Source: Octopus vulgaris (Eukaryota). Taken from it: a DNA stretch of 64,000 nt. The translations under genes were made by a program, and so were the position numbers. The DNA is taken from the NCBI GenBank assembly GCA_951406725.2, contig OX597829.1:21762001-21826000 (forward strand). The letters are read 5' to 3'. Under the pieces are notes generated by a model. That model saw nothing but the letters and a program-made list of their open reading frames with translations. It did no database searches and had not been told where the DNA came from. Of the stretch, positions 1 through 13,867 are shown in pieces (within the stretch, counting starts at the first letter, position 1; every line of letters starts with the position of its first letter).

Positions 1-770
1 GTATGTATGTATGTATGTATGTATGTATGTATGTATGTATGTATGTATGTATGTATGTATGTATGTATGTATGTATGTATGTATGAATGAATGAATGTAT
101 GTATGTATGTATGTATGTATGTATGTATGTATGTGTGTATGTATGTATGTATGAATGAATGTATGTATGTATGTATGAATGAATGAATGAATGTATGTGT
201 GAATGAATGAATGAATGAATGTATGTATGAATGAATGAATGAATGTATGTATGTATGAATGTATGTATGTATGTATGTATGAATGAATTTATGTATGTAT
301 GAATGAATGAATGTATGTGTGTGTGTATGTATGTATGTATGTATGTATGTATGAATGAATGTATGTATGAATGAATGAATGTATGTATGTGTGTGTGTAT
401 GTATGTATGTATGAATGAATGAATGTATGAATGAATGAATGTATGTATGTATGTGTGCGTGTATGTATGTATGTATGTATGTATGAATGAATGAATGTAT
501 GAATGAATGTATGTATGTATGTGTGTGTGTATGTATGAATGTATGAATGAATGAACGAATGTATGTATGTATGAATGAATGTATGTATGTATGTATGTAT
601 GTATGTATGTATGTATGTATGTATGAATGAATGAATGTATGAATGAATGAATGTATGTATGTATGTGTGTGTGTATGTATGTATGTATGTATGAATGAAT
701 GAATGAATGAATGAATGTATGCATGTATGTATGAATGAATGTATATATGCATGTATGTCTATATACATGA
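1..770. repeat. Compound (GTAT)n/(GAAT)n tetranucleotide microsatellite
   Basis: Directly visible; explains the HTYI/HSFI low-complexity ORF at 289-768. Confidence 0.97.
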
Positions 771-976
771 CAATCTGATGATATCATTCATAGCCCAATA
801 TGTTTTCATACATACAACTTGAGAGAATTGTCTTTTTGAGACCATTTCTGCATCAAAAGGTTATTCTATATTTGACTGTACACAGGTGTATTAAATATCA
901 TTGGACATGTACACAAACGCATACCTTTATATATATATATATATATATACACGCACACACATGTGCATTCACCATA

Positions 977-1570
977 CAGGGTGTGGTGAATATTTTGTCG
1001 TCTAAGTTACACAAAAATGAAAATAACACTGACATCTCAATTTAACAGATATATTTACCAAAATTACATTAAAATATCTTGAAATACTTAAGAGTAAATT
1101 TATTCAATAAAATCATCATTGCCTTCAACCACGGCTTCCAGAGGTTTTCAGAATCTTCTGCAACTCTTCTGGATGGTCTCCTTGTTTAAGTTAATGAATG
1201 CTGCCATAATCCTTGCCTTCAGTTCATCTTTGGTGTTACAAGGAGTTGGTCTCTTGTTCAACTGTGCCCCACACATAATAATCAAAGGGGTTGCTGTCTG
1301 GGGAGTTAGGTGGCCAGATGTTAGGGGTGATGTGGTTGCAGAAATTATCTGACAGCCATGACTGGTTTCACCTGCTTGTGTGGCATGGGGCAGAGTCCTG
1401 TTCCCAGACATAGGGTCTTCCAGCAGCCACTCTCTTGATCCAGGGCAGCACTACCTCCTCCAGGCACTTGATGTAGGTCTGCATGTTGAGTCTGAGGCCG
1501 TGTGGGAAGATGAATTGAGGCATAACACGATGATGTTGACTGGATGTTTGATTTTTATCACTGTTGGTAC
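977..1570 (-). mobile_element. Tc1/mariner transposon remnant (3' part of transposase plus one terminal repeat)
   Basis: Starts TA|CAGGGTG. The minus strand reads QDSAPCH...WPPNSPDSNPFDYYVWG...TKDELKARIMAAF across frameshifts and stops, the catalytic C-terminal region of Tc1/mariner transposases. Confidence 0.85.
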
Positions 1571-2200
1571 ATGTTAAGCCAAAAGTTGTTCACCATCTGT
1601 TCATCATGCGTGTTCACCATCTGTTCATATGTGGCTCTATTGTATGAGGCTTGCTTCACATACTCATGATTCCAGGTTCAGTCCCACTGTGTGGCACTTT
1701 GAGCAAGTGTCTTCTATGCCAAGCACTACAGCATGTCATTTCCAAATTTCTGGCAGAGTGAATCACATAATGGTGCAGTTTTTCTTGTGTAGTACATATT
1801 TAATTCTAACACTCTTAAATTTATATCTTGAAATGCTGCACTGAAGAGATGAAATAAGTAAGTAAATATTACATTACTTTAATCCTGAAATGCGTATGTA
1901 GCTAATCTGAGTTGTGTGGATTCATTATTTTTGCTTTTTGCCTACAGAAAAAAGTGTGTTACTTTCTGGGAGATCTCTATGGTAGCAGAAAAGGCATTTT
2001 AATTCCTATTTCTAAATTTGGTGCATGGTGAAGCAATTAGCTGACCCCTGATTATAATTATAAAATATTTTGTGTAAATTTACCTAAAAAAGTTTATTTT
2101 AATATTCTGAACTACTTGGTAAAATTATTAATTATTATATATGCTTATATACATATGTATATATATATCTATATATCTATATATATATATACTGTTCATC

Positions 2201-2239
<39 letters not shown>

Positions 2240-3817
2240 CATCATTCATTATCATTCAATGTCTGCTTTCCATGCTGGCATGGGTTGGACGGTTTGACAG
2301 AAAACAGGCAAATCAGGAGGCTGCACCAGGCTCCAATCTGATTTGGCAAAGTCCCTACACCTGGATGCCCTTCCTAACACCAACCGCTCCAAAAGTGGTT
2401 GAGAAGCCAGTCAGGTAGCTCTAGCATTGGCCACACTCAAATGGTATATATATATATATATATATATAAATATATATATTTATGTATGTATGTAAGTATA
2501 TATATATGTATGTATATATTTGTATGCGCATGTGTGTGTCTAAGTTTGTCACCCACCATCATTGACAATCGATGTTGCTGTTTTTATGTCCTGTCCCCAT
2601 AACTTAGCAGCTCAGCCAAAGAGACCAATAAAATGAGTACTAGACTTACCAAGAATAAGTACTGGGGTTGATTTCTTTGACTAAATGCAGTGCTAAGTTA
2701 CGGGGATGTAAACACACCAACATCAGTTGTCAAGCGATGATTGTGGGGACAAACACAAACATATACACACACATATATATGTATATCCCTCTCTCTCTCT
2801 TTCGGAGAGGCACAAGCACCTACATGCACATATACACACACGGCAGTAACTTCCACCTACCGAATTCAATCACAAAGCTCCGGTCGGCTTGGGACTATAG
2901 TGGAAGACACCTACACAAAGTGCCACGCAGTGGGACTGAACCCGAAACCATATAGCTAGAAAGCAAGCTCCCTAACCACACAGCCATGCCCATATATTTG
3001 TATATATCAACAATGGGCTTTTTTCAGTTTCCGTCTATCAAATCTACTCACAAGGCTTTGGTCAACCTGAAGCTATAGCAGAAGACACTTGCCCAAAGTG
3101 CCATGCAGTGGAACTGAACCCAGAACCATGTGGTTGGGAAGCAAGTTAAAAATCATTGAAAGAATCAATTTATTAGACAGAGTCCAATAAATGTCATCAA
3201 ATAAATGGAGTAGGTTTAGATGGTAATATGAATTATTTATTCAATTCCCTAGGTTTTAGGGAATAATGCCTTAAACAGAGGAAGTATTTTCATCTGGAAA
3301 AATATAATATATATATAATATAGAGATCGATAGAATAAATACTAGGTTTGTAAAGAATAAATCCTGGGGTCGATTTGCTCGACTAAAGGCGGTGCTCCAG
3401 CATGGCTACAGTCAAATGACTGAAACAAGTAAAAGAGAGAGTATATATATATTAAGAAGAAGCATTCAGAATTTTCGATAATTCTTTATTAGCACTTTCA
3501 ATTGTTCACTCAAACTCTTCAAGATATGTTTAAGTGTTAATATGCAATATCTGTACACCACTTCAAACACTACAACACACACATAAATATATATGATGGA
3601 TTTCTTTCAGTTTTTGTCACAGGGCTTTGATTGGCCTGAAGCTATAGAAGACACTTGCTCAAAGTGCCACACAGTGGGACTGAACCTGGAATCATGAGTA
3701 TGTGAAGCAAGCCTCATACAATAGAGCCACATCTATATATAAAGTATATAAATGTATATACGTGTAAGCGTTTAGACCATTTACATTTGATGAGTTGCCT
3801 ACATATATATATATATA

Positions 3818-4232
3818 TCATGGTTTCCTGGTCTCTTGTTCTAAAGGTTCTAAGAATCCATCCAGTCAGTCGCCTACATTTCATTGCCAATTTAGCAACA
3901 TGCACATGAAAGGTTGCATCATCACTCATGTAAATACCCAGGTCTCGCACTGATTGTGCCTCTGGGATTGCAATCCCTCCAGGTCCTGTGTATTTATTGG
4001 GTATTGCATTTAGTTTTGCATGCTGATAGCATAAAGCTTGAAACTTTTCAGCATTGAACTGCATGCTATTCTTTTCAGCCCACTTGTATATTTTGTCCAG
4101 CTCACATTGCAGGACAAAATATACCTTCAGGGTTCTGTATTGCCTGTGAAACTTTTGTATCATCTGCATAACTTGTGATCGTGGCTCTCTACGTGGCTGA
4201 GGGCCATTATGAACAGTAGTGGTGCCAAAAAG
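3818..4232 (-). mobile_element. CR1/L2/Jockey-group LINE reverse transcriptase fragment
   Basis: Minus strand: LAPLLFI..., SYADDTK (about 4155-4175), then LQCELDKIYKWAEKNSMQFNAEKF...VRDLGIYMS...GWILRTF. Frameshifted and truncated. Confidence 0.88.
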
Positions 4233-4618
4233 GCGCAAGAGTGGCTGTGTGATAAGTAGCTTACTTACCAACCACATGGTTCCAGGTTCAGTCCCACTGT
4301 GTGGCACCTTGGGCAAGTGTCTTTTGCTATAGCCTCAGGCCGGCCAAAACCTTGTGAGTGATTTTGGTAGACAGAGAAACTGAACGAAGCTCATCATATA
4401 TATATATATATATGTTTGTGTGTCTGTGTTTGTCACCCCCAACATCGCTTGACAACCGATGCTGGTGTGTTTCGTACCCGTAACTTAGAGGTTCGGCAAA
4501 AGAGACCGATAGAATAAGTACTAGGCTTACAAAGAATAAGTCCTGGGGTTGATTTGCTCGACTAAAGGCGGTGCTCCAGCATGGCCGCAGTCAAATGGCT
4601 GAAGCAAGTAAAAGAGAG
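4231..4618 (+). mobile_element. tRNA-derived CORE-type SINE with internal (TA)/(TG) microsatellite, representative full copy
   Basis: A box TGGCTGTGTG(G/A)TAAG, B box GGTTCAGTCCC, CORE-like ACCTTGGGCAAGT, tail CTGAAACAAGTAAAAGAG. Other copies or fragments at about 2520-3440, 13495, 24072, 32315, 36315, 38236, 44219, 49660, 60153, 62557, 63672. Confidence 0.88.
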
Positions 4619-5379
4619 ATGGTACTTTTTATGTACATAAAACTTTACGTAACAAATCTTGTAATACAAAATGCGCGTGCGTGTGTGTGTGTGTGCATCT
4701 ATTTAAGTAGTATGGCGTCTGATGTGCGGAATAAATGGTCCGCATAGGACGACCACATTTTATATAACAATGTTTGTCGTAGTTGAAGGAATGTTACGTC
4801 TATGGAAGGAGGCTGCCAAAACCTACGCTAAGCCCCTGCATATGTCTTCTATATATAGCTCCTGGCATGTATTCAAGTGTCCCAACTTGTCCATTACTAT
4901 GTTTGTCTGTCCATCCAGCTGTCTTACACATCAATCTGCCTGTCTGAGTCGATATTCTTATTTATATATAACTATTGACTTATGCATGAATGTATTAGCA
5001 GGCCTCTATATGTTTACCCGTCCACATCTCTCTCCATGTTTGAGATAGCGGTAAACAAGAGATTAGGCAAACAATGATCAAAGAGGTCAGTATGGAAATG
5101 AGAACAAAAAATAATATTTGATTGAAATGTATATGTATGCGCGTATATAAATTAGAGTTTATGTGCAAAAGAAAAAAAAAAAAAAATAGCACTCGATAAT
5201 GACACAAAATTTGCAGTAATGCTGTTGTGAGGAGCGCTATTATGAAAATACTGACACTTGAAAAACTCAGAGTAGTAACAAAATCATGTATATATATATT
5301 TGTGTGAATTTTCAATAAACAACTACAGAGTAAATGCCAGCTGGTCGTTAATAAAGATGTTAGGCGAGCACTGAAGGTA

Positions 5380-5420
5380 GTGAGGCGTTACGCAATCAAC
5401 CGCATCAACCAATCAGAGAG
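5380..5420 (+). promoter_or_regulatory. Candidate promoter (CCAAT box and bZIP-like site), possibly of the ZNF gene
   Basis: AACCAATCAG (NF-Y consensus) at 5407-5416 and TTACGCAAT at 5388-5396, in a repeat-poor stretch with visibly more CpG than its flanks. TSS not provable from sequence. Confidence 0.35.
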
Positions 5421-6289
5421 TCAGGATAACCGAGGAGAAAAAGACAAATGCAAGGAGAGTGCGTGGTGGTGGACATCTTGAAGAGGCTTCATACTCCCCT
5501 TAGAAAGGTTTGCTCGCAAAGATATTTTTAATTTTTGTTGTTTTTTTTTTCCCTGAATTATTTTACGCATTTCTTGTCTTTCATTTGTTCGGTACTGGAG
5601 CCAATGTTATCGATATTACTTCGTAACCGTTATACTTACTTAACATGACCTACTAGTATCTTTACAAGTGTTTCTTCATTTATGATTTTTTAAAAAATTC
5701 TAAGCATTTATATTATTATTGTTATTATTATCAATAAAGCGATGAGCTGGCAGAATCTTTGGCTCGCTGGTGAAAATGCTTGGCTGCATTTCTTCTGTCA
5801 ACGTTCTGAGTTCCAACTCCACCGAAGTCGACTATCTCTTTCATTCTCTCGGAGTCGATGAAATAAGCACCAGTTACGCATTACGGTCGATGATTTCGAA
5901 TTAACTCATCCACCAAAATTTCAAACCTTGTGCCTATTGTATAAAGGATTGTTATTATATCTAAGAACCAAAATGCTTCGTCCCAGACCAGCCGTAATAA
6001 CCACAATCAATCCCTGTCTTTATATATATCTGGACCATATTGTTCAAAATATCCTTCCCACTTTCTTGACGATGGTAGGGTGTGATTTCAGGAAGCTTTT
6101 TGCTGCTATTTCTTTTTAACCTGTCGAGCATCTGCACAGTGTCTTTCCCTCGAAATCTGTCTTTGCATTCCTGAACTTCATATTAGCATTGACACTCCCT
6201 CAACAAATCTCTCTTCAACATTTGGTAGTTCGGTCTTGTTGGACTGGTTGAATCTAACGAAGCACCTATTTGTATAACTGTTTGGCTTT

Positions 6290-6726
6290 CAGCGGAACTC
6301 TACTTCACGCACGGCATATAAACCCCTCATAACTTTCTTTATTTTTTTGAAATTTCAAAAAATTTTTGTGAATTTATGTTCTGCACACAGGAATTCATAT
6401 GACTGTGCAAAGGAAATTTTTTGTTAGTTTTTAACTCAGTTTAAAATACGGACCGTCCAAATTTTTAACTTATATCCCAACAATGGACCATTAAATGTGT
6501 TTATGGGGCGACAGATATTGAAAAACATCAATACGTTAGTGACAAACAAACGAGGATGGTTTGAAGTGGTCCATTTAAATACCCCTTAAATCACACATTA
6601 TTTTTGCATAGTGGTATATGAATTCCCGTGTATAGAATACAAATTCGCAAAAATCTTCTAAAAATTCTGAAAAATAAAAAAAGTTGTGAGGGGTTATATG
6701 ATTTGCATAAAACAGAATTCCGCAGT
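6290..6726. mobile_element. MITE-like element with about 125-bp imperfect terminal inverted repeats
   Basis: GCGGAACTCT...CCCCTCATAACTTT...GGAATTCATATGACTGTGCAAA mirrors TTTGCATAGTGGTATATGAATTCC...AAAGTTGTGAGGGG...AGAATTCCGC. Confidence 0.75.
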
Positions 6727-6886
6727 TAACTGATATATTTTCCTTTTTTTGGATTTATATTCAGTAAATTTTACTGAATATTAATAATTCGGTGCTAATT
6801 GAAATACTGCAGAATATGTCTATGCATTGTAATGAGTACTTTATTTACAATAACAACACTGAAACGAAATAACACATCAGCAATTC

Positions 6887-7105
6887 GGCGAGCTGGCAGA
6901 AACGTTAGTACTCCGGACAAAATGCTCAGCGGTATTTCGTCTGCCGCTACGTTCTGAGTTCAAATTCCGCCGAGGTCGAATTTGCCTTTCATCCTTTCGG
7001 GGTCGATTAAATAAGTACCAGTTACGCACTGGGGTCGATATAATCGACTTAATCCCTTTGTCTGTCCCCTCTGTGTTTAGCCCCTTGTGGGTAGTAAAGA
7101 AATAG
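6887..7105 (+). mobile_element. tRNA-derived SINE with Meta-like central domain, representative copy
   Basis: GGCGAGCTGGCAGAA...GAGTTCAAATTCC (B box)...GCCTTTCATCCTTTCGGGGTCGAT...AAGTACCAG. Many copies on both strands, often tandem: about 5738, 19890-20430, 21215-21680, 23445-23880, 27275, 29215-29620, 33810, 34592-35008, 51520-51965, 57520-58095. Confidence 0.85.
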
Positions 7106-9297
7106 GTACTTCACAATATTCTTAAAATTACAAGATATACCAGCGAGAAAATAAAAACAATGAATTGAACCAACAAAATTTATGAATGAAACATACAATA
7201 AACGGCAAAATATTAACATTGATGTTTGCGTATTTGCTCTGCATTGATAAAATTATTAGATTACCCGTACAGTAAAATTACCAGTTTTATAAACGAGAAA
7301 AAGGAAATTATTAATTTGATAAAAATAAATAAATATGCTTGTCGCCTTGTGAATACATCGCCTATAAAACGATTCAGTTATTTCTAACACTAAAGAAACT
7401 TATGTAAAATGATTTCAATTGGGAATTGAAACCGGGTCGGACGTGGTTGTTCACCGCAAATATTCCTCTACCTGTGTATCCGTCTTTTGTTATTATTTTT
7501 CTTTTCTAAAAGTTTATTATTGCAGAAATACTAGTTTGTTACGAACTGAATAGTTGGGCATTGTTGTATTTAATTTCATGTATTCTCCCCTCTTAATTAA
7601 GATGCTCCAGAAGCCTTCTAGTATTATTTTGCATCCACGTTAACGTTAGGTTGGAATCGATTTAGTTAAAGGTCCCCACCCCCACCCCAAAAAAAAAAAA
7701 CAAAAACGACTTTGCACTCTGTTAAAAGAAGGGTATATCTATAGGCCGAATGAAACTACATGATTTAATCGATACATTTCTTACTTAGACTTCAGGTTTT
7801 CCTTGAGGAGAGAAATGAGATTGTGAGATAGAACTTTGTCCAGTTGTCTTATCAGTCGAACGATACAATTTGGAGAGGAAGCCGGTGCCTGGATGTTACA
7901 CATGGAGAGATCATCTAATATTGGCTTCAGTGACAAGGGGAGATAATTACCGAAGTGAATTTTTTTTTCTTTAATCCCTAGAAGGAAATAATTTGCGTAA
8001 TATTTATTAAATATTTAAAGAAGTTGTTAATTATCATTTACTGTTTTGGATCTACTGAATTATTTTTATTAGTTATTGTTGAGAATATACCGACAGATGA
8101 CGAATGCAGCAACTCGCTGGAACAGCGCAAGTCCCCACAGCTGACGACCTGTAGATAAGATCTGATTAAGGTAACTCACAGAATGTATGCATCGTTGTTA
8201 TTATTTGGCTGTAGATTAGGAGTTTTGATCAAAGGTCATCCAACTACGATCATTCTTTGGTGTTTTTTATTTATCTGGTGAGATGGGTGTAACAGTAAAA
8301 ATTTACCGTAAAAGAGTACGGGATTTGCATCCCCCTTCAAAAAATAAGGAATTTTTTTTTTCGGAACAAAAAATTCTTTCACAAAAGGAATTAACCGCTA
8401 AATTCCTTGCTCCTTGGCTATTCCAAAAGCAGACGATCAAAGATTACACTCGTCTCATGAAACGAGTGAAATGGTGTAACAGTTAAGAATTTATCGTCCC
8501 CCACATCCACTTAAGACGTAAGTTTCTATATATCTATCTTCATTATCTGATATATAATTTCTCTGTGACAGTAGGATGTGATTTCAGCAGGCTGAGTGAT
8601 CATGTTAAGCAAGTTCCGACCATCTCCTGTCTTTTAATGTATCCTCCAGTTTTTTTAAACAAAAAAAAATGCAAGGATGTGACTTGAGGGAGCTTTGGCT
8701 ATTGTTTTTAGCTGGTTGGATGACTGTATAGAGGCAGGTTGGTTGGTTGACTGACTTCTCCTGAACTAGAGAATAATGTTTAACTTTAATAACTGGATAA
8801 GACAAAGTTGGACCTAGACAACATCAAAAGTTAAACTCAACAACTATTGACTCCTTATTTCCATTTATTCTATCATCATTGTTTAACCCTATAGCATTTA
8901 AACCAGCCATATCCAGCCCAAATATTTTTCCTGTTTTGTGTCCAAACTGGCCAGATCTCGCCTCTCATGCCTACCTTACATTGTCTTTCTAAATATAAAG
9001 TCATATCTTTGAAATCTGAAAGCTACAAGATAATACATGAGTAAGTCAAAATAACTTTAATGTACAAGCATTATAAAAATATAAGGACACAGATACTGTG
9101 TCATATAGCCAGCTGGAGACAATGTTTCCTGGGGCTAAATAAGTTTGGTATCTGTTCTAAATGGTCTCATTTTGCTGAGCTGCTAAGTTTTGGAAATATA
9201 GGCAAACCATCAGTTATCAGGTGGAGGCCAGTGGGTGGAAAAGTGACACAAAGACAGATACACATAGATATTTCTGTGTGTGTATATATATATATGT

Positions 9298-9337
<40 letters not shown>

Positions 9338-9584
9338 AAAAAATATAAATTGGGACAAGAACGCAAAACACTCAAATAGACGACACAAAACACGGACGGG
9401 ACATTCGAAGCCTTCAATCTTCAGTCAAGAACCGGATCATCCTCGCAATTTCGGCTGATTAATCTTGAGATCACTCCGATCCGGCCAGCCCCAAGGAAAA
9501 ACTAAGCTACGAGCATTAGATTTCTCGGAAAAAGGATCGAATGTAATATATATATGCTGTGCTTGAGAAGACCCAGAAAGCCAA

Positions 9585-10229
9585 ATAAGACCATAACCTT
9601 GTGGCCTATGCCAGGGGCGTAACCAGCCCACTTATGTGTACCTTTTCTTTCTTTGGACACTAAACTCTGCTTGTGAAGACCTGCTGAGGCAAGTGAAATC
9701 AAAATCAAATTCAATGACTGGCATCCTTGCTAGTGAGGTGCAAAGAGCACCATCCGAGCGTGATCGTTGACAGAGTGGCTAACTGGCTTCCGTGCCTGTG
9801 GCATGTAAAAGGCACCATCGAGCGTGATCGTTACTAGCATTGCCCTACTGGCACTTGTGCCCCATGCTAGCAGGGCGCTAAGAGCACCATCCGACCGTGA
9901 TCGTCACCAGAGCGGCTAAATGGCTTCCATGCTGGTGACACGTAAAAGGCACCATTCAATCGTGATCGTTACCAGCGTCGCCTTACTGGCACGTGAAAAA
10001 TCATTTGAGTGAGGTCGTTGTCAGTACCACCTGACTGGCCCCTGTGCCGGTGGCACGTAAAAGCACCCACTACACTCTCAAAGTGGTTGGCGTTAGGAAG
10101 GGCATCCAGCTGTAGAAACTCTGCTAGATCAACATTGGAGCCTGGTGCAGCCATCTGGTTCGCCAGTCCTCAGTCAAATCGTCCAACCCATGCTAGCATA
10201 GAAAGCGGACATTAAACGATGATGATGAT
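9585..10229 (+). mobile_element. 5'-truncated RTE LINE 3' UTR ending in (GAT)n
   Basis: Colinear with 42240-42905, which directly follows the RTE ORF stop codon. Shorter tails at about 11820, 14020, 19720, 28637(-), 35100, 40277(-), 46960. Confidence 0.85.
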
Positions 10230-10325
10230 ATATAGTCAATCCAAGCAAGAGAAAAAACAACGTGAAGACATGGAACAAGTACTGTGTTATTGGACGCTCA
10301 GGATAGGAAAGAAAAGAAAGAGGAT

Positions 10326-10357
10326 CTCACATTTCAAGTGGAGCGCTTCGTCAGCAA
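10326..10357 (-). ncRNA. Degenerate minimal hammerhead ribozyme-like motif
   Basis: Minus strand: CTGACGA-A-GCGCTCCACTT-GAAA-TG-TG. Both core boxes are present but the stems are decayed. Confidence 0.4.
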
Positions 10358-10655
10358 TATAGAAAAAGTCCAAAAAAAGGAAGACAGAAAGAAAATCGCC
10401 AATGATACACACATTCCCGGAAGGGAATGGATGAAGAAAAGTTCTTTCTAAGTGGGTATGTGCATGCGCACAGGTCTGTGCATGTGTTTGGTTGTGGCTG
10501 TTTATGCATGTGTGTGGTTGGACTTAGTGTCACTTGTGGTTGCAGGAAGAATTTATAGTAAGAATTTTGGTAGGAGTGGCTGTCTGTTGTGTGTCTCCCT
10601 ACACATGTGCATAGGAGAATGATCAATATATATTATATATATATATATATATACA

Positions 10656-10687
<32 letters not shown>

Positions 10688-10688
10688 G

Positions 10689-10785
10689 TCACTGAGGATA
10701 TTTAAACCTCTTTAAGGATATTTTTATCCAAGATATACTGATTTAATATATTGTATTAAGTGTGAAATGAAACACTTGTAGGTGA
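10689..10785 (+). ncRNA. Type I hammerhead ribozyme-like motif with long stem II
   Basis: CTGAGGA (10692-98), ATTTAAAC...GTGTGAAAT imperfect stem II, GAAA (10769-72), near-palindromic CACTTG, TA cleavage site, then GGTGA. Directly after a (TA)n tract. Confidence 0.5.
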
Positions 10786-10845
10786 AGATGTTAATTAATT
10801 AATAAATTAACTTGTATCCATTGGATCTCTCCATTTTCAAACTTA

Positions 10846-11705
10846 ACCTACTGTATATGTAGAAAATCTGTGGGTGTGTTTGTTTGTGGTGTTGTTAGCT
10901 AACTCCTCCTACATCATTTTATTGATTTTGATGAAACGTGAAATGTGAGGACAACTTATGTCTGGAAACCTCCTGACATACTTAGATTGTTGAAAAAATT
11001 GATAATACGGCCCCTGGAAGGGACCTTTATATCTACCTAATATAACTAATTTTGTTTTTAAACGCCCAAGGTAAATAACCCATAGCACCTATACAATTTC
11101 TTTTATGTGTCCTATTTCTAATTTTTGCAGACAATATCACTTTTGTACTTTATTTGACACGCGAGTCGAACTCATGTCTGGAAACCTCATGGCATACTTA
11201 GATTGTTGAAAAAAAAATCGATAATAGGGCCCTTCCAATGGATCCTTTTATCTACTACATATTACTAATATTTTAGTTAAACAACTGAAGGGAAATAACC
11301 TGTACCACCTGCAGATTTTAGCAAAGCAATCAATATTTGATTCTCCCAATCAGCCGATCTAATTCTGCATTTCACTACTCACAGTTTTGAACTACTAAAC
11401 GTTATTACACTTTCTTAATTTGAATCTTAAACATTAAAATCTTCATTTATACATTTCTATACATACATTTCTATACATACATTTCTATACATACATTTCT
11501 ATACATACTTACTTGTCAATCTCCAACAACCTCTCTCGCCAACCTCCAACGATTTCTCCCTCCTCCAGCTAACAGTTTTTACTACTTTTTTGTGACAGAA
11601 AATAAACCTTTTTGTGTTATAATGAAATTGCTTTCGTCTATCAGAGTAATAAGGCGTTTCAATAGAACATCTTTACCCTCGAGAATTACCGGGTACACCA
11701 GCTAG
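10846..11705 (+). mobile_element. Non-autonomous Helitron-like element
   Basis: 3' end has a GC hairpin followed by CTAG|T (ACCCTCGAGAATTACCGGGTACACCAGCTAGT). Contains an internal ~140-bp duplication and a 16-bp minisatellite. 5' end is approximate. Confidence 0.6.
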
Positions 11706-12255
11706 TAATTATATATATGGTTTAAAATTATTCAAGACAGAGACAAGTGAGGGAACAACAAGCAGAGTGTATTAGTTTAATGATCATGAAAAATGGAAGA
11801 AATATTTGATGTTTCAGGTCTACGTAAAAGCACCCACTACACTCTTGGAGTTGTTGGCATTAGGAAAGGCATCCAGCTGTAGAAACTTTGCTAGATCAGA
11901 TTGGATCTTGGTACAGCCTTCTGGCTTGTCAGCCCTCAATCAAACTGTCCACCCCATACCAGCATGGAAGAAGACGTTAAACAATGATGATGATGATGAT
12001 GAGTCAAAGAAAATGATATACTAACTTTGAAAATGGCCAGGGTGGCACTTATGACACTCTGATACTAAACACCTCAATTGTGGTGGATATTTGAGGACAT
12101 TGAGGGTAATAGTAAATGATAGTTAGCTTCTTAGCCATACAACTGTTCCTGCAGCTATATCTCCATAAATGTTTCAAAATTTTGTTATTTTTGCCATTGC
12201 AGTTGAAAGAAGTGATGGTAGAGTTGGAAATCGCAAAATTAAACAATTTTGCATT

Positions 12256-12383
12256 ATGGGAACACAGAAGTTTGTATCTTTGATATTTACAAGGGAGAAT
12301 GCTGAAAGATTTCAGTGTATTCGTGATGAGATGAGCCTTGATGAAAATGGATTATTAGAATTTTTCTTCAAACTCTATGATAA
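12256..12383 (+). CDS. C2H2 zinc-finger protein, coding exon 1
   Basis: Acceptor TTGCAG| before 12203, ATG at 12256 (MGTQKFVSLIFTRENAERF...KLYD), donor AA|GTAAGT at 12384. Phase 2 matches the next exon. Confidence 0.75.
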
Positions 12384-13867
12384 GTAAGTTCTCATTTCAT
12401 ATGCATTTTCATTATTATTATTTCTGTAATTGTTCTTTTAATGCACCATTCTGCTTACTCCTTTGTAGTTTTTACGCTCTCTATAAACACTGCACCTTAT
12501 ATAGTGTTCTCTCTGTTTTCTGTGAGTTAATCATCTTCATCATTTAATGTTTGTTTTCATAGCTGGCACAGTTTGAAGGGAGCTGGCTTGCTAGATAGCC
12601 GCACAGGCATGGTTTCTACAGCTGGATGCTCTTTCTAATGCCAACTACTTTATAGAGTGTACTAGGTGCTTTTTATATGGCACCAGTGCCAGTGCGCTTT
12701 ATGTGGCACCAGCACCAGTGCTTTTTACGAGGCATCAGCACCAGTGCTTTTTACGAGGCACCAACACTGATGCTTTTTACGAGGCACCAACACTAACAGG
12801 TAAAAGTAAAATTACCTTCTTGAGTTATGCCGACTCATAAAGGCCAGTTTCCCGATTTCCATGAGAAAACTCTGTGATTGTTTGCATGCTTGCTTGTCTG
12901 TTATTTAATACAGCCAAACCTGTGCATAATGGGAATATGCTCTGTAAGTAAGGTACCCCTGAAATGTGAATACAAATGAAATAAAACAAGTTTCATGTAA
13001 ATTGGACTACGGATACATGTTTTTTGGTACCTTCATAAATAGCCAAAATGGCACATAATGGGGAAAATACCTCGAAAGTAACATAATTCTGAAATGGGAA
13101 TATATAATACTGTGAAAATTGTTTTCACTAATTTTATGTTTTATGTTCTATAACAAATCCTTTTGCATTTTTGTAGAAGTGTGCACATATGCCATAAATA
13201 AATGCTGTTATTGGAGTTCAAGTTTATCCTGGAAGTTCTATTTCTGTTAGATGCTGTAAATAATCAATGAAACTTTAAACATGAATTTGTAAACTAGAAA
13301 TAATGATGACATGAACGAATTGAAATATTTAACTAAATCATTGTAAAATTAATTTTCATTTCAATGTAATGTTGAAATCAAGTTCAGTGTTTCATAACCT
13401 GAACCATCAGTGACCCAACGGGTCACGGGTAGTCTGGTATGTAATAAAGATAATAATCAATTACCGTACTAATTTAGGTAACCAAATTGTTTGCAGACAT
13501 AGCTATGTGGTTGAGAAGTTTGCTTTCTAACCACATGGTCTCAGGTTCAGTCCATTGTGCTGCACTTTGGGCAAATGTCTTTTACTATAGTCTCGAACTG
13601 ACGAATAAATTTGGTTGATGAAAAGTAAAAGCAGCCTATTAGATTTGCATATGTGTGTGTGTTTGTGTGTATTTGTGTATGCTCACTTATACACAAATAT
13701 ATGAAGGGCTCTTGCACAGTTTTAGTCTCTTAGATTCATTCATGGGGCATCGACTGGCATGGGCTATGGTAGAAAACACTTTCCATGTATGATATTCTTT
13801 TATTCTTTTACTGGTTTCAGCCAGAGACTGGGGCTATACTGGTGCACCACCCTTAAAATAGAAGTAA

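Noticed and set aside
289-768. 159-aa His-rich ORF
   Set aside because: Translation of the GTAT/GAAT microsatellite.
3485-3528. Minus-strand TTGAAGA...GAAAGTGCTA hammerhead-like motif
   Set aside because: Core and stem II too degenerate to support on their own.
7790-8170. Upstream coding exon of the ZNF gene (donor AAG|GTAACT at 8171)
   Set aside because: If spliced to 12203 it places an in-frame TAA before the ATG, so at most it is an untranslated exon; it cannot be supported without transcripts.
9745-10060. CRISPR-like repeat-spacer pattern
   Set aside because: The intervening sequences are themselves repeated; these are tandem units of a eukaryotic RTE 3' UTR and there are no cas genes.
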